DNA from: Minisyncoccota bacterium
Lineage (GTDB): Bacteria > Patescibacteriota > Minisyncoccia > Phycocordibacterales > UBA6065
Reading direction: 5' to 3'
NCBI GenBank assembly: GCA_036565605.1
Contig: DATCXV010000009.1
Coordinates: 4,977-68,976 of the forward strand
DNA: 64,000 bases
A program made the position numbers and the translations under genes. Below the pieces are notes generated by a model. The model was not told where the DNA came from. It did not search any database and was given only the letters and a program-made list of their open reading frames with translations. Below, piece after piece: positions 8,530-19,094 of this stretch. The first letter of the stretch is position 1; every line of letters begins with the position of its first letter.

Positions 8530-9903
8530 CTAGAAGGCTCCTCCAGCCGGCTGGAAGTCGCCGAAATCGGCCTTTTCGACTGAAAGATAGGTAGCCTTGT
8601 CGGAATCGAAGACAAGTTGAATTTCGCCGGTCGGGCCGTTACGATGCTTTTCTATAAGAATGGTGGCTTCGCGCGATCGAGCCTGTTCACCAGATTCATC
8701 TTTCTCACGATGAATGAACATAACCACATCGGCATCCTGTTCGATGGAACCGGAATCGCGGAGGTCTGAAAGACGAGGCTTGCCACCGCGTGATTCAACG
8801 GCACGCGAAAGCTGCGACAAAGCGATCACGGGCACGTCCAAATCACGGGCAAGATTTTTAAGCGAGCGCGAAATTTCAGTCACTTGTTGAACAACGTTGT
8901 CAGAGCGAGCTGACTGCACTGGCGTCATAAGCTGGAGATAGTCAACAATGACAAGACCCAGATTCTTCTCGGCTTTCAGACGGCGGGCGATAGCACGCAT
9001 TTTCAAAATATTGTTGCCTGGCTGGTCGTCGATATAGATCGGTGCTTTTGAAAGCTTGTCCATGGCATCACGCAGATTCACCGACATTTCATCGACTGAC
9101 AAACCCTTACCGGTACGCAATTTCCATGCATCAATACGGGATTCTGCTGAAAGCATGCGTTGGACCAACTGGGCGGCGCTCATTTCAAGTGAGAAGATGC
9201 CGACTGGAATATTGTGTTCAACGGCTGCCTTGCGCGCAAAGTCCAGTGCTAATGATGTTTTACCCATCGAAGGGCGAGCGGCCAAAATAATCAGGTCAGA
9301 TTTTTGAAAGCCTGAAAGTTTGTTATCCAAAGCTTTGAATCCGGTCGGCACGCCGCGCAGTTCGTCAGAAGAAGACTGAAGGCGTTCGATCTGATCCCAA
9401 GCCTCGGCCAGAGTGTCCTTCAAGTGGACGAATTTATGCGACCCGACGGAATTGGTCACTTCGAACAAACGCTTTTCAGCCTGATCGATAATCTCTTCCA
9501 ATTCACCGCGTTCTTCAAAGGAAAGTCCGGTGATATGTTCGCCGGCTTCGATAAGCTTTCGCATCATCGATTTTTTCTGGACGATCGACGCATAGTGACG
9601 TACGTTCGATGCCGACGGCACAGTGTTTACAAGCTCGGTCAGATACGATGCGCCGCCGATGCGATCAAGCTGACCCATATCCTTTAATTTCGAAGAAAGC
9701 GAAAGTAGATCGATCGGATTGCCCTTGGCCATCAATTCCATACAGGCATTCCAAATAACGCGATGTTTTTCCGAATAGAAATCGTCTTCACGCACGACGT
9801 CGGTAACCTCGTGGATGGCTTCCGGGCGCAGCATGATCGAGCCAAGCAGTGCCTGTTCCGCATCAAGTGACTGCGGGGGAACGCGAATGCGATCGTTTCT
9901 CAT
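8530..9903 (-). CDS. dnaB: Replicative DNA helicase
   Basis: AARPSMGKT, VDYLQL, LSQLSR, SDLRDSGSIEQDAD, KHRNGPTG. Confidence 0.98.
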   Translation of the reverse strand: MRNDRIRVPPQSLDAEQALLGSIMLRPEAIHEVTDVVREDDFYSEKHRVIWNACMELMAKGNPIDLLSLSSKLKDMGQLDRIGGASYLTELVNTVPSASNVRHYASIVQKKSMMRKLIEAGEHITGLSFEERGELEEIIDQAEKRLFEVTNSVGSHKFVHLKDTLAEAWDQIERLQSSSDELRGVPTGFKALDNKLSGFQKSDLIILAARPSMGKTSLALDFARKAAVEHNIPVGIFSLEMSAAQLVQRMLSAESRIDAWKLRTGKGLSVDEMSVNLRDAMDKLSKAPIYIDDQPGNNILKMRAIARRLKAEKNLGLVIVDYLQLMTPVQSARSDNVVQQVTEISRSLKNLARDLDVPVIALSQLSRAVESRGGKPRLSDLRDSGSIEQDADVVMFIHREKDESGEQARSREATILIEKHRNGPTGEIQLVFDSDKATYLSVEKADFGDFQPAGGAF

Positions 9904-9991
9904 GCCGACATTATCGCAAAGCGTTGGCGGGAAGGGGAAGTGGTCGAAGCGGATAAAACTGTGTCTATTCTGTGGAAAAGAGCCTTATCGA

Positions 9992-11388
<1,397 letters not shown>

Positions 11389-11398
<10 letters not shown>

Positions 11399-12276
11399 TT
11401 CTTCCTCATCATAATAAAGACGACCAGAAGTGCCGCGGCCAAAGCCATGGCACCCACCAGCGCGAATTCATGCGGTGAATGTGCGAACGGCGTATCGTCT
11501 GCCTCTATCAGAAACCAGTTGAAAACAATGGTTACGACGGCCGAAACGACGGTGATGGCCGTGAATGTTTGCATGATCTTGTTCTGCTTGGTTTCAAGCA
11601 AGGCTCCATTCGTCTCGCGCAGTTCGTGTAAAGATTCAGAGAGGCTGTGGACTTCCTTGTGCACCTTTAAACATTCGCTTTTTGCGTCATCAAGATAGTG
11701 TGAAAAATCGGCAGGGAAGAAGCCGCGGGCCGCCAATGAGAACGAGGAAAGCACTTCCTCGTGCAGAGCAGTGGCATGCTTGAAGGCAAGCAATTCGCGC
11801 GAGACTTTCGAGATCTCGAAAACCATATCGCGCTCGCGGCCAGAGAATGTCTCAGCTTCAATTTCAGTCAGAGCTTCGCGGACGCTTTCCAATTCATTCG
11901 ACAGACCATAATACAGGGCGCGGATAATGTAATAGAACATAAAGCCGGCATGTTCGCCTAATTCGCGATTGCGCTCCAAAACAGAATTGACCTCGAACAT
12001 TTTTGAAAAATGGTGCAGGGAGTCGACTGGCCCTTGATGCGCAGTGACGATGAAATCTCGCCCGACTATGAAATCGACCTCGCCCGTTGGAAGTTTCAAA
12101 GCCAGATAGACATAGTCGTCAAAGCGTTCGGCTTTAGAGCGTGCCGAGGGCACCAGAAGCTCTTCAGCGGCCAAGGGATGAATGCTGTAGCTTTGAACTA
12201 TCTCGCGGACGTCTTCGATTGTCGGGTCCTCGACGTCAACCCAGGTGGCCTTCTTATACGTATATGTTCGTATCAT
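11389..12276 (-). CDS. CorA-like divalent cation transporter (no GMN motif)
   Basis: CorA-like soluble domain, NKIMQTFT and two C-terminal TM helices. Confidence 0.75.
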
Positions 12277-12324
12277 GACTCTCGAAAAAAGATGTTGTAA
12301 TAATAGCATGATATAATGTCGCGC

Positions 12325-13584
12325 ATGAATCAAACGAAGCGGACGCTAATCGGTTTAGGAGCGCTCTTCTGCCTTATTGGAGCGTATTCCATCGGGTATC
12401 ACTCGGGATCGGCGGGTGTAAGTTCAGCGAGGTCGGTCGCGGGCGTGGCGAATATCGAAAGCGGCAAACCGTCACAAGTTGATTTCGGCCCGTTCTGGAA
12501 GGCTTGGAATGTCATCGATGATAAGTTTGCTGGCACGACCACGGATGACCAGGCAAAAGTCTATGGTGCTATCGAAGGCATGGCAGCGTCCCTGGGCGAC
12601 CCGTACACAGTCTTTTTCCCACCAAAGGAAGCAAAAATTTTCCAAAGCCAGATCGCCGGCTCGTTCGAAGGTGTGGGTATGGAAATTGGTGTCAAAGACA
12701 ATAAGCTTGTAGTAGTTGCGCCGATCAAAGGTTCGCCGTCAGATAAGGCTGGGTTGAAGCCAGGTGACGTTATCTTGCAGATCAACGATACGGAATCGAT
12801 CTCTTTGGCTACGGATGAAGCAGTACAATTGATCCGCGGCAAGGCAGGCACGGTGGTAAAGCTTACGGTGGCGCGCGAAGGCGCCAAAAGCCCGCTCGTA
12901 TTTAACGTGACGCGCGCCACCATCGATCTGCCTACGGTCGAAACAGATACCAAGGATGAGATCGCATCAGCAGATAATTCGGGCGGTACTGGCTTGCGCA
13001 AAGATGGCATCTTCGTCATATCGCTCTACAGTTTCAGCGCTAATTCAGCCAATCTGTTCCGAAATGCCCTGAAAGAATTCATCGATTCTGGCTCTCATAA
13101 ATTGATCGTGGATCTTCGTGGTAACCCGGGCGGATATTTGGAGGCTGCGGTCGACATGGCATCGTGGTTTTTGCCTCGTGGCGCAACTGTTGTTCGCGAA
13201 GACTTCGGTAAAGGGGAAGAGGAGAATGTATACCGCTCCAAGGGCTATAATGTCTTTGGTGACGACCTGAAGATGGTTGTCTTGGTTGACGGCGGCTCGG
13301 CATCAGCGTCAGAGATCTTGGCGGGCGCGCTTTCCGAAAACGGTGTGGCGACGCTTGTCGGTACCAAAACCTTTGGCAAGGGTTCGGTCCAGGAATTGGT
13401 TCCCATCACATCGGATACGTCGCTTAAGGTCACCATTGCTAAGTGGCTCACACCCAAGGGCATTTCCATTTCGAAGCAAGGAATCACGCCAGATTACGTG
13501 GTACCGGTTACTGAAGCAGATATTGTAGCCAAGAAGGACGCACAGATGAATAAGGCAGTGGAGTTGTTGTCGAAGGAGAAGTAA
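12325..13584 (+). CDS. S41 carboxyl-terminal processing protease with PDZ domain
   Basis: LGDPYT, GVGMEI PDZ, DLRGNPGG, SASASEI, TFGKGSVQ. Confidence 0.95.
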   Translation: MNQTKRTLIGLGALFCLIGAYSIGYHSGSAGVSSARSVAGVANIESGKPSQVDFGPFWKAWNVIDDKFAGTTTDDQAKVYGAIEGMAASLGDPYTVFFPPKEAKIFQSQIAGSFEGVGMEIGVKDNKLVVVAPIKGSPSDKAGLKPGDVILQINDTESISLATDEAVQLIRGKAGTVVKLTVAREGAKSPLVFNVTRATIDLPTVETDTKDEIASADNSGGTGLRKDGIFVISLYSFSANSANLFRNALKEFIDSGSHKLIVDLRGNPGGYLEAAVDMASWFLPRGATVVREDFGKGEEENVYRSKGYNVFGDDLKMVVLVDGGSASASEILAGALSENGVATLVGTKTFGKGSVQELVPITSDTSLKVTIAKWLTPKGISISKQGITPDYVVPVTEADIVAKKDAQMNKAVELLSKEK

Positions 13585-13635
13585 TCACGGTTGTCTCTTG
13601 AAAAATCGGAATAAATCGGCTAATCTGTGCTCACT

Positions 13636-14079
13636 ATGAAAATCGTATTGCTCAAAGACGCAAAGAACATTGGCAAGAAGCACGACGTCAAAGTCGTTGC
13701 GGACGGCTTCGCACTTAATAATTTGATTCCGCAGGGTATTGCAGAAGTCGCAACAGCTAAAGTGCTTTCTCGTGTGGAAGCGATCAGGAAACAGGAAGAA
13801 GCAGACAAGAAAGTCCGCGCAGACCTTTTGGCAAAGAATTTGAAGTCGCTTCATGACGCTCAAGTTGTTGTTACGATGGAAGCAAACGAGAAAGGTCATC
13901 TTTTTGCAGGCCTTCATGCTGCCGAAATCGCTCCTCTAGTCAAAGAGCAGACCCGAATCGATGTCTTGCCGGAATTCATTGTTTTGGAGAAACCGATCAA
14001 AGAAGTCGGTGCACACAAGATTGATGTGAAGGTTCAGGGCCAGTCAGCGACATTCACCTTGAATGTCAAAGCGAAATAG
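13636..14079 (+). CDS. rplI: 50S ribosomal protein L9
   Basis: MKIVLLKD..NIGK....V.VADGFA.N.LIP; PIKEVG. Confidence 0.93.
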   Translation: MKIVLLKDAKNIGKKHDVKVVADGFALNNLIPQGIAEVATAKVLSRVEAIRKQEEADKKVRADLLAKNLKSLHDAQVVVTMEANEKGHLFAGLHAAEIAPLVKEQTRIDVLPEFIVLEKPIKEVGAHKIDVKVQGQSATFTLNVKAK

Positions 14080-14135
14080 TTGCTTGCGTTATACAAAGAG
14101 ATGTGGAAAATAGGGGCCAGGGAGCCCCTTTTCCT

Positions 14136-14252
14136 ATGGCCCGCAATAAAAGCACAAAATCCGCCAAGAAATCGCCCCGCACGGCACGCAAGCAGAGCAA
14201 GGCTCGGAAGGCATCGCCCTCCAAGCCCCACCTCGGCAATAACGTGCACTAA
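14136..14252 (+). CDS. 38-aa highly basic microprotein (not in ORF track)
   Basis: MARNKSTKSAKKSPRTARKQSKARKASPSKPHLGNNVH*, then a strong terminator. Confidence 0.5.
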   Translation: MARNKSTKSAKKSPRTARKQSKARKASPSKPHLGNNVH

Positions 14253-14275
14253 GAGAGCGGTTTCTTCGGAAAACT

Positions 14276-14303
14276 GGCCACCGCGCATGCGCGGTGGCCT
14301 TTT
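14276..14303 (+). terminator. Intrinsic terminator
   Basis: GGCCACCGCGC-AT-GCGCGGTGGCC then TTTT. Confidence 0.8.
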
Positions 14304-14336
14304 GTTTGATACCATTCCTTTGGAATTTGATCTGTC

Positions 14337-14447
14337 ATGGCTATCCCATCCGTCACGATTAGAAAAGGCAAGGGCCGTATCTATCGGATGAAAGTAAAAA
14401 AGAAGCCGATTCGTTTTTTACAGTATCCGCGTTATCGTCGTAGATAG
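14337..14447 (+). CDS. 36-aa highly basic microprotein (not in ORF track)
   Basis: MAIPSVTIRKGKGRIYRMKVKKKPIRFLQYPRYRRR*; ends at the terminator shared with rpmA. Confidence 0.45.
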   Translation: MAIPSVTIRKGKGRIYRMKVKKKPIRFLQYPRYRRR

Positions 14448-14448
14448 C

Positions 14449-14477
14449 AAAATCCCCGCATTCGCGGGGATTTTTTC
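14449..14477. terminator. Bidirectional terminator
   Basis: AAAATCCCCGC-ATTC-GCGGGGATTTTTT. Confidence 0.8.
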
Positions 14478-14484
14478 ATGTCTC

Positions 14485-14757
14485 TTACTTAACGTTGACG
14501 ACGCTTTTCGTCTTGGTCTTGCCGTTGAAGCCAACCTTCCTCTTGGAGCCAAACGAAACGGTGCCTTCGGCGGTTGCGTAAATGGTGTAGTCTTTGCCGA
14601 GCGCGGTATTGGTGCCTGCAAGGGTGTTAAGGCCCTCCTGGCGGATGATGATCGATCCAACCTTGGCTTTTTCGCCAGCATAGAGCTTCACGCCCAGGTA
14701 TCGAGGGTTCGAATCGCGGCCGTTTTTGACTGTACCTCCGGATTTCTTTGTTGCCAT
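14485..14757 (-). CDS. rpmA: 50S ribosomal protein L27
   Basis: MATKKSGG..KNGRDS...LGVK, IIIRQ.G, GKDYTIYA..EG.V. Confidence 0.97.
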   Translation of the reverse strand: MATKKSGGTVKNGRDSNPRYLGVKLYAGEKAKVGSIIIRQEGLNTLAGTNTALGKDYTIYATAEGTVSFGSKRKVGFNGKTKTKSVVNVK

Positions 14758-14811
14758 GTGGATTACTGAGGCGAATTTTTATCTTTTCTTTATCTCGCCT
14801 CGCTATACTTA

Positions 14812-15252
14812 ATGGGTATGACTAGGTTTCAAATCATAAGCCATATCAAGGAAAAAATCAAGCTTTGGGTGGGTTTGGCTGAGAAGAGGGATATTTTCGT
14901 TGCCTTGGTTGTCATTTTGACCGCTCTTTCTGCCTTTTTCATAGGTCGGATATCGCGTATTGAAACGGACCGTCCTCCGGTGGTTATTCGTCAATTTCCG
15001 GCCGTGCAAAGTCCGGTCCAGGTACCAAAAAAGACCGCGGTAACTGCGGTGGCAAGCCAAACTGCGGCTGTCGGAGCAAGCAGTGGGGCAGTGAAGGGAA
15101 TATATGTGGCCTCCAAAAATGGGACTAAGTACCATTTACCAAACTGTATTGGCGCTAAAAGTATTTCTGATGCAAATAAAATCTGGTTCGCCACCAAAGC
15201 GGATGCCGAAAAAGCAGGGTATACGCCGGCAGGGAATTGCAAGGGGATATAA
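14812..15252 (+). CDS. Membrane-anchored protein with Ada metal-binding-like C-terminal domain
   Basis: One TM helix; YVASKNGTKYHLPNC...F.TK.DAEKAGY.PA.NC. Confidence 0.75.
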   Translation: MGMTRFQIISHIKEKIKLWVGLAEKRDIFVALVVILTALSAFFIGRISRIETDRPPVVIRQFPAVQSPVQVPKKTAVTAVASQTAAVGASSGAVKGIYVASKNGTKYHLPNCIGAKSISDANKIWFATKADAEKAGYTPAGNCKGI

Positions 15253-15313
15253 CCCACATGTTGTCTCAACCATGAATTAATGGTTAAATCTCTAAAGAAA
15301 GCACACCCCTATT

Positions 15314-15721
15314 ATGAGTAATGATTACCGACGGTCTCGCTACATTCCCGGTTTTATCAGGATTTGGCGCGGTAAAGCACGGGAAGAGCGCTTTATTGAG
15401 GCATGGACTAATCCGCCAAATCCACCAGATTGGTTTGCGGACGTCCGCAAAGCCTCAAAAGAAGAGGACTTTTCTGGCGTTGATGCCTTTTTTATCTGTA
15501 AGGATCAAACCGAGATTCCGGTGCAGATAAAAGGCACGTATGCCGGAATAGAGGACTACCTTCGGGCACATCCTATATCTGAAAAGAACGTGGTCCTGCT
15601 TCAAATCCAAGCCATTATGAGTTTGGAGGAGATCCGGCTACTTAGCTTATTCGCACTGAGGGCCTATTTTTCACGGGAGCCTCAAAAAACAGCTTTACCT
15701 GAAACTAGCAAGACGGCATAA
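15314..15721 (+). CDS. Hypothetical protein, possible PD-(D/E)XK fold
   Basis: EED.SGVD...IPVQIK pattern; own terminator ~15709-15733. Confidence 0.55.
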   Translation: MSNDYRRSRYIPGFIRIWRGKAREERFIEAWTNPPNPPDWFADVRKASKEEDFSGVDAFFICKDQTEIPVQIKGTYAGIEDYLRAHPISEKNVVLLQIQAIMSLEEIRLLSLFALRAYFSREPQKTALPETSKTA

Positions 15722-15773
15722 TGCCGTCTTTTTCTTATATATGGCTCTATTGGGCCATTTTGTATAAAATCTC

Positions 15774-15802
15774 TTGACTTTTAAAACCAAAGGTGCTATA
15801 AT
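15774..15802 (+). promoter_or_regulatory. Near-consensus sigma70 promoter
   Basis: TTGACT-17 nt-TATAAT with extended TG. Confidence 0.8.
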
Positions 15803-15907
15803 GGAGATACATCAGAGTTTTCCTCTGGTGATTTGTTTTTAAGGGCGGGTCACTCAAAGGCGTAAGCCGATAGGGGCACGAACTTAGGGACTTTGAAACC
15901 ATCAATT

Positions 15908-16351
15908 ATGATCGAGATTACGACCAGCCTGGTCATGCTCGCTTCCGCTTTTCTTCCCGCTGCAAGCACGACTCCTGCGACTGCATCGTCGACCATAGCG
16001 GAAAACGCAACCTCGTCGGTTCCTCTTACGTCGGTGTCGGTCGAGGCCTATGTCCGCGATTACTTCAAGGACACCCCGGTCTTGGCTGAAGTAGCAAAGT
16101 GTGAGTCCACGTTCCGTCAGTTCGATTCGAAAGGCCGCGTTATTCGCGGAAAGGAGAATCCGGACGACGTCGGCGTGATGCAGATCAACACCTTCTATCA
16201 TGGTGAGTCTGCAGAAAAGCTTGGCTACGACTTGTACACCATCGACGGCAACCTCGGCTTTGCCCGCTGGTTGTACGGCAAGTATGGTTCGGATCCGTGG
16301 GTCCATTCTTCCAAATGTTGGAAGAAGTACGAGAAGATCGCGATGAAGTAA
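15908..16351 (+). CDS. Secreted lysozyme-like / lytic transglycosylase-like protein
   Basis: Signal peptide, S/T/A linker, AKCES catalytic Glu motif, GVMQIN, N..FA..LY...G..PW. Confidence 0.85.
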   Translation: MIEITTSLVMLASAFLPAASTTPATASSTIAENATSSVPLTSVSVEAYVRDYFKDTPVLAEVAKCESTFRQFDSKGRVIRGKENPDDVGVMQINTFYHGESAEKLGYDLYTIDGNLGFARWLYGKYGSDPWVHSSKCWKKYEKIAMK

Positions 16352-16366
16352 AAGCAAGCAGCATAG

Positions 16367-16403
16367 AAAAAAGCCCGGTCTCCGAAGGAGACCGGGCTTT
16401 TTT
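16367..16403 (+). terminator. Intrinsic terminator
   Basis: GCCCGGTCTCC-GAA-GGAGACCGGGC then T run. Confidence 0.85.
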
Positions 16404-16509
16404 ATGGAGACCAATTTTCTTGCAAAAGGGTAGCAGGAGAGTAGTATCGACCACGGAGTATAGTTCTCCAAATCGCCCTACATAACTGGGCATAGTCGAA
16501 AGGATTGTT

Positions 16510-17346
16510 ATGAAATCGTTAGCTGTTAGCACGTTGGGATATCAAGAATGGAAGAAGCGTCTGCTTGATGGGGACGAAAATTCCTTGATCCATGAAAAAT
16601 TGGGGGCTCTCCAGCACGGAAGTGTTTTCTTTGGAGCGACAGGAGACAATGGCGACCCGATCGCCCTCTATCTGGCTCTAGCGGACAGATTTATGACCAA
16701 CGATATCTACCCGTTGCCTAACTGGATTAAAGATGCAGAAGTCATGGCAAAGGCGAGATCGGTCCTGGTGAAGCACTTCTTCAAGGTGCATCCGGTCATT
16801 GATTATTGGAACTTCATCACAGTTGTTGCGTTCAGCCCGGACTTATTACCGGTGCTTATACACTTTCTCTGCTCTGCACGGAGGGGGATCGCAAAAAGAA
16901 TTGATTTCTTCAAATGGAATTACCAGTTCGTCGATGATGCATACGCTGAGCGAAGTAAACACGACGCAAAGCAACAGCACGAGGACAAGACGATCTCGTC
17001 CTTCCTGAGCCATCTCCTGTGGTTACTCATGCAGGGAATTACTCCTCATAGCGAGCAGCGGCGTTTGGACCTTAAAAAAGCGCTCAAGCCTTATGAAAAA
17101 GATATCCTTCTCGAGATATTCATCCGGGCGCCCTGGCAGCTTCTGCCGTTCCGGATGGATAAAGAATGGGTTGAAGTGTTCGAAAAGGACCTCAAACAAT
17201 ACCCGGAAGTGCATCCAAGGACCTTTGAAGACAAGGTAAATAGTGACGATCGCATGTGCAACTACAGGCACCATGATCTGCCGTCTGTCGCAGCTCCTAC
17301 GAGAGCTGAGGTTCTGACCGTGCTGAAGTCCCGGACGTATCAATAA
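16510..17346 (+). CDS. Hypothetical protein
   Basis: 278-aa ORF, AAGGA upstream, terminator ~17361-17393; no recognised motif. Confidence 0.7.
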   Translation: MKSLAVSTLGYQEWKKRLLDGDENSLIHEKLGALQHGSVFFGATGDNGDPIALYLALADRFMTNDIYPLPNWIKDAEVMAKARSVLVKHFFKVHPVIDYWNFITVVAFSPDLLPVLIHFLCSARRGIAKRIDFFKWNYQFVDDAYAERSKHDAKQQHEDKTISSFLSHLLWLLMQGITPHSEQRRLDLKKALKPYEKDILLEIFIRAPWQLLPFRMDKEWVEVFEKDLKQYPEVHPRTFEDKVNSDDRMCNYRHHDLPSVAAPTRAEVLTVLKSRTYQ

Positions 17347-17653
17347 GGATTGAATTATTCAAAGCCGCGACCTTTTTTATCGCGGCTTTTTTCTGACCCA
17401 AAACCCCCACCAGCCGTTTCATTTTGCAAAGGGGAGTATGAGGTCAGCGTTCCATGACCACATCGCAACGTCGGATTTTGGTTAACGAAAGTAATTTTGA
17501 TCGTGATTGTTTGGCGAAGAAAATTTTTGCGAACGAGACACGTGATATGGCAAAAGCCACGCATGCGTCGAGGTACGCCGCCTAAAAGTCTTTGAAACTG
17601 CCGAGAAGGTCTTGTAGGTCATAGACTTAAACGAACCAATATATATGCTATAA

Positions 17654-17681
17654 TATGAGTATTAGAGATATTATACTCAAT
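17654..17681. other. Candidate dif site (11-6-11)
   Basis: TATGAGTATTA-GAGATA-TTATACTCAAT; arms 8/11 inverted-complementary; 53 bp upstream of xer gene. Confidence 0.65.
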
Positions 17682-17734
17682 TACATATATACTTCCCTCA
17701 TACTCTAAACACGCCGCGCGGGATATAATTTCTA

Positions 17735-18727
17735 ATGCAAACGTATACGATCATGAGCAGAAATATTCAGCTATACAAAAGTCGCGGTGGCAGTCTTCCC
17801 CTCATGGACGACTTCCTTCTCCATATCCAGGCCAACAACTATTCCAAAGAGACGCTTTATAACTATGAGCGCGACCTCAAGACCTTTGATACCTTTCTTA
17901 CTGTCGAATTGGGTAAAATGCCCTTCTCTCAGGTTACTAAAAGGACGATCGAGCAGTTTAAGGCGTACTTGAACTCGACTGACCGTAGGACTGCCGAAGG
18001 AAAAGCCTCGGAAATGATGCTGAAGAGCGGATCGATCAACCGTACGCTGTCGTCCTTGCGCCGATACTTATCATATCTTGTTGATATGGACCAAAAGGTG
18101 CCGATCGCGCCGAACGCGATTAAGCTCATTAGGATGGAAAAGCCGCATTCGCGCGTGACCGAGCTCAAGGAGCTGGTCGAGCTCATCGAATCGCCGTCGA
18201 AGTTCGAACAAGACAAACACGTCGCCTTGCGCAATCGCGCCATGCTCGAGACATTGTTTGCAAGCGGCATGCGTATTTCAGAGCTACTAAGCTTGAAGCG
18301 CGCTCAGATCGACAAGACTGGCCGTGTTTTCATCCAAGGTAAAGGCAAGAAGCAGCGCTTCATATACCTGACCGAGCGCGCTAAAAGCCATATCGACGCC
18401 TATCTGAAGATTCGCGACGACGATTCGCCGTACCTATTTATCCCGAACCGCGGCAAGAATGCCCAGAAAAAGGACCGCCGCGTCTCCTCTAACTATTTGC
18501 AGATGAAGATCAAGCAGTACCGCGAACTGATCGGCATCAATGTTCCGACCAGCGCCCACTCACTGCGCCACGGCTTCGCTACCTATTTGGCCGAATCCGG
18601 CGCTAATCCGGCCGCTATTCAGATTTTGCTGGGCCACGAATCGCTCGATACCACGACCCGCTACGTCCACGCGTCGGATAAGTATGCCGAGGACACGCAT
18701 AAGAAGTTCCATCCACTTAAGGACTAA
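17735..18727 (+). CDS. Xer-type tyrosine recombinase
   Basis: SAM-like N-domain (T..NY..DL), GMRISEL, GKGKKQR, HSLRHGFAT, LLGH..L.TT.RY. Confidence 0.95.
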   Translation: MQTYTIMSRNIQLYKSRGGSLPLMDDFLLHIQANNYSKETLYNYERDLKTFDTFLTVELGKMPFSQVTKRTIEQFKAYLNSTDRRTAEGKASEMMLKSGSINRTLSSLRRYLSYLVDMDQKVPIAPNAIKLIRMEKPHSRVTELKELVELIESPSKFEQDKHVALRNRAMLETLFASGMRISELLSLKRAQIDKTGRVFIQGKGKKQRFIYLTERAKSHIDAYLKIRDDDSPYLFIPNRGKNAQKKDRRVSSNYLQMKIKQYRELIGINVPTSAHSLRHGFATYLAESGANPAAIQILLGHESLDTTTRYVHASDKYAEDTHKKFHPLKD

Positions 18728-18754
18728 AACAAAGGCTTAGGATCCAGAGGCTAC

Positions 18755-19069
18755 CTATTCTCCAATCGGCCTATATGGCTGGTCTCCGATATGTATAAGC
18801 CTCTTCCCTGCATTCTCTATTTCTGTGGGAGCACCAGCGTCGATGCGACCCAAATTGTGGACGAATGCCTGCCAGATAATTCCAATGAAAACATTGCGAT
18901 ACAAGTAGGTCACGGGGCCTTTTACATAATCCCATACCTTCTCTACCCCGCTCCAGGCGTAATTCAAATTCGATTGCGTCGTGGGTGCTTCGATGATCGC
19001 TCTTAGGTCATAGCCGAAGAAGCTCAAAATGATGATCCCAAGCACCGCAAGGATGATGTACTTGATCAT
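18755..19069 (-). CDS. Hypothetical membrane protein
   Basis: N-terminal hydrophobic helix; TATACT 6 nt before ATG. Confidence 0.75.
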   Translation of the reverse strand: MIKYIILAVLGIIILSFFGYDLRAIIEAPTTQSNLNYAWSGVEKVWDYVKGPVTYLYRNVFIGIIWQAFVHNLGRIDAGAPTEIENAGKRLIHIGDQPYRPIGE

Positions 19070-19094
19070 GAATTTAGTATATCACCCAAATCTT

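Noticed and set aside
14080-14391. 103-aa ORF after rplI
   Set aside because: Runs through a strong terminator; two short ORFs in other frames explain the region better
17735-18727. Tyrosine recombinase as a prophage or island integrase
   Set aside because: Xer-like size and motifs, adjacent dif-like site, no phage genes or att repeats
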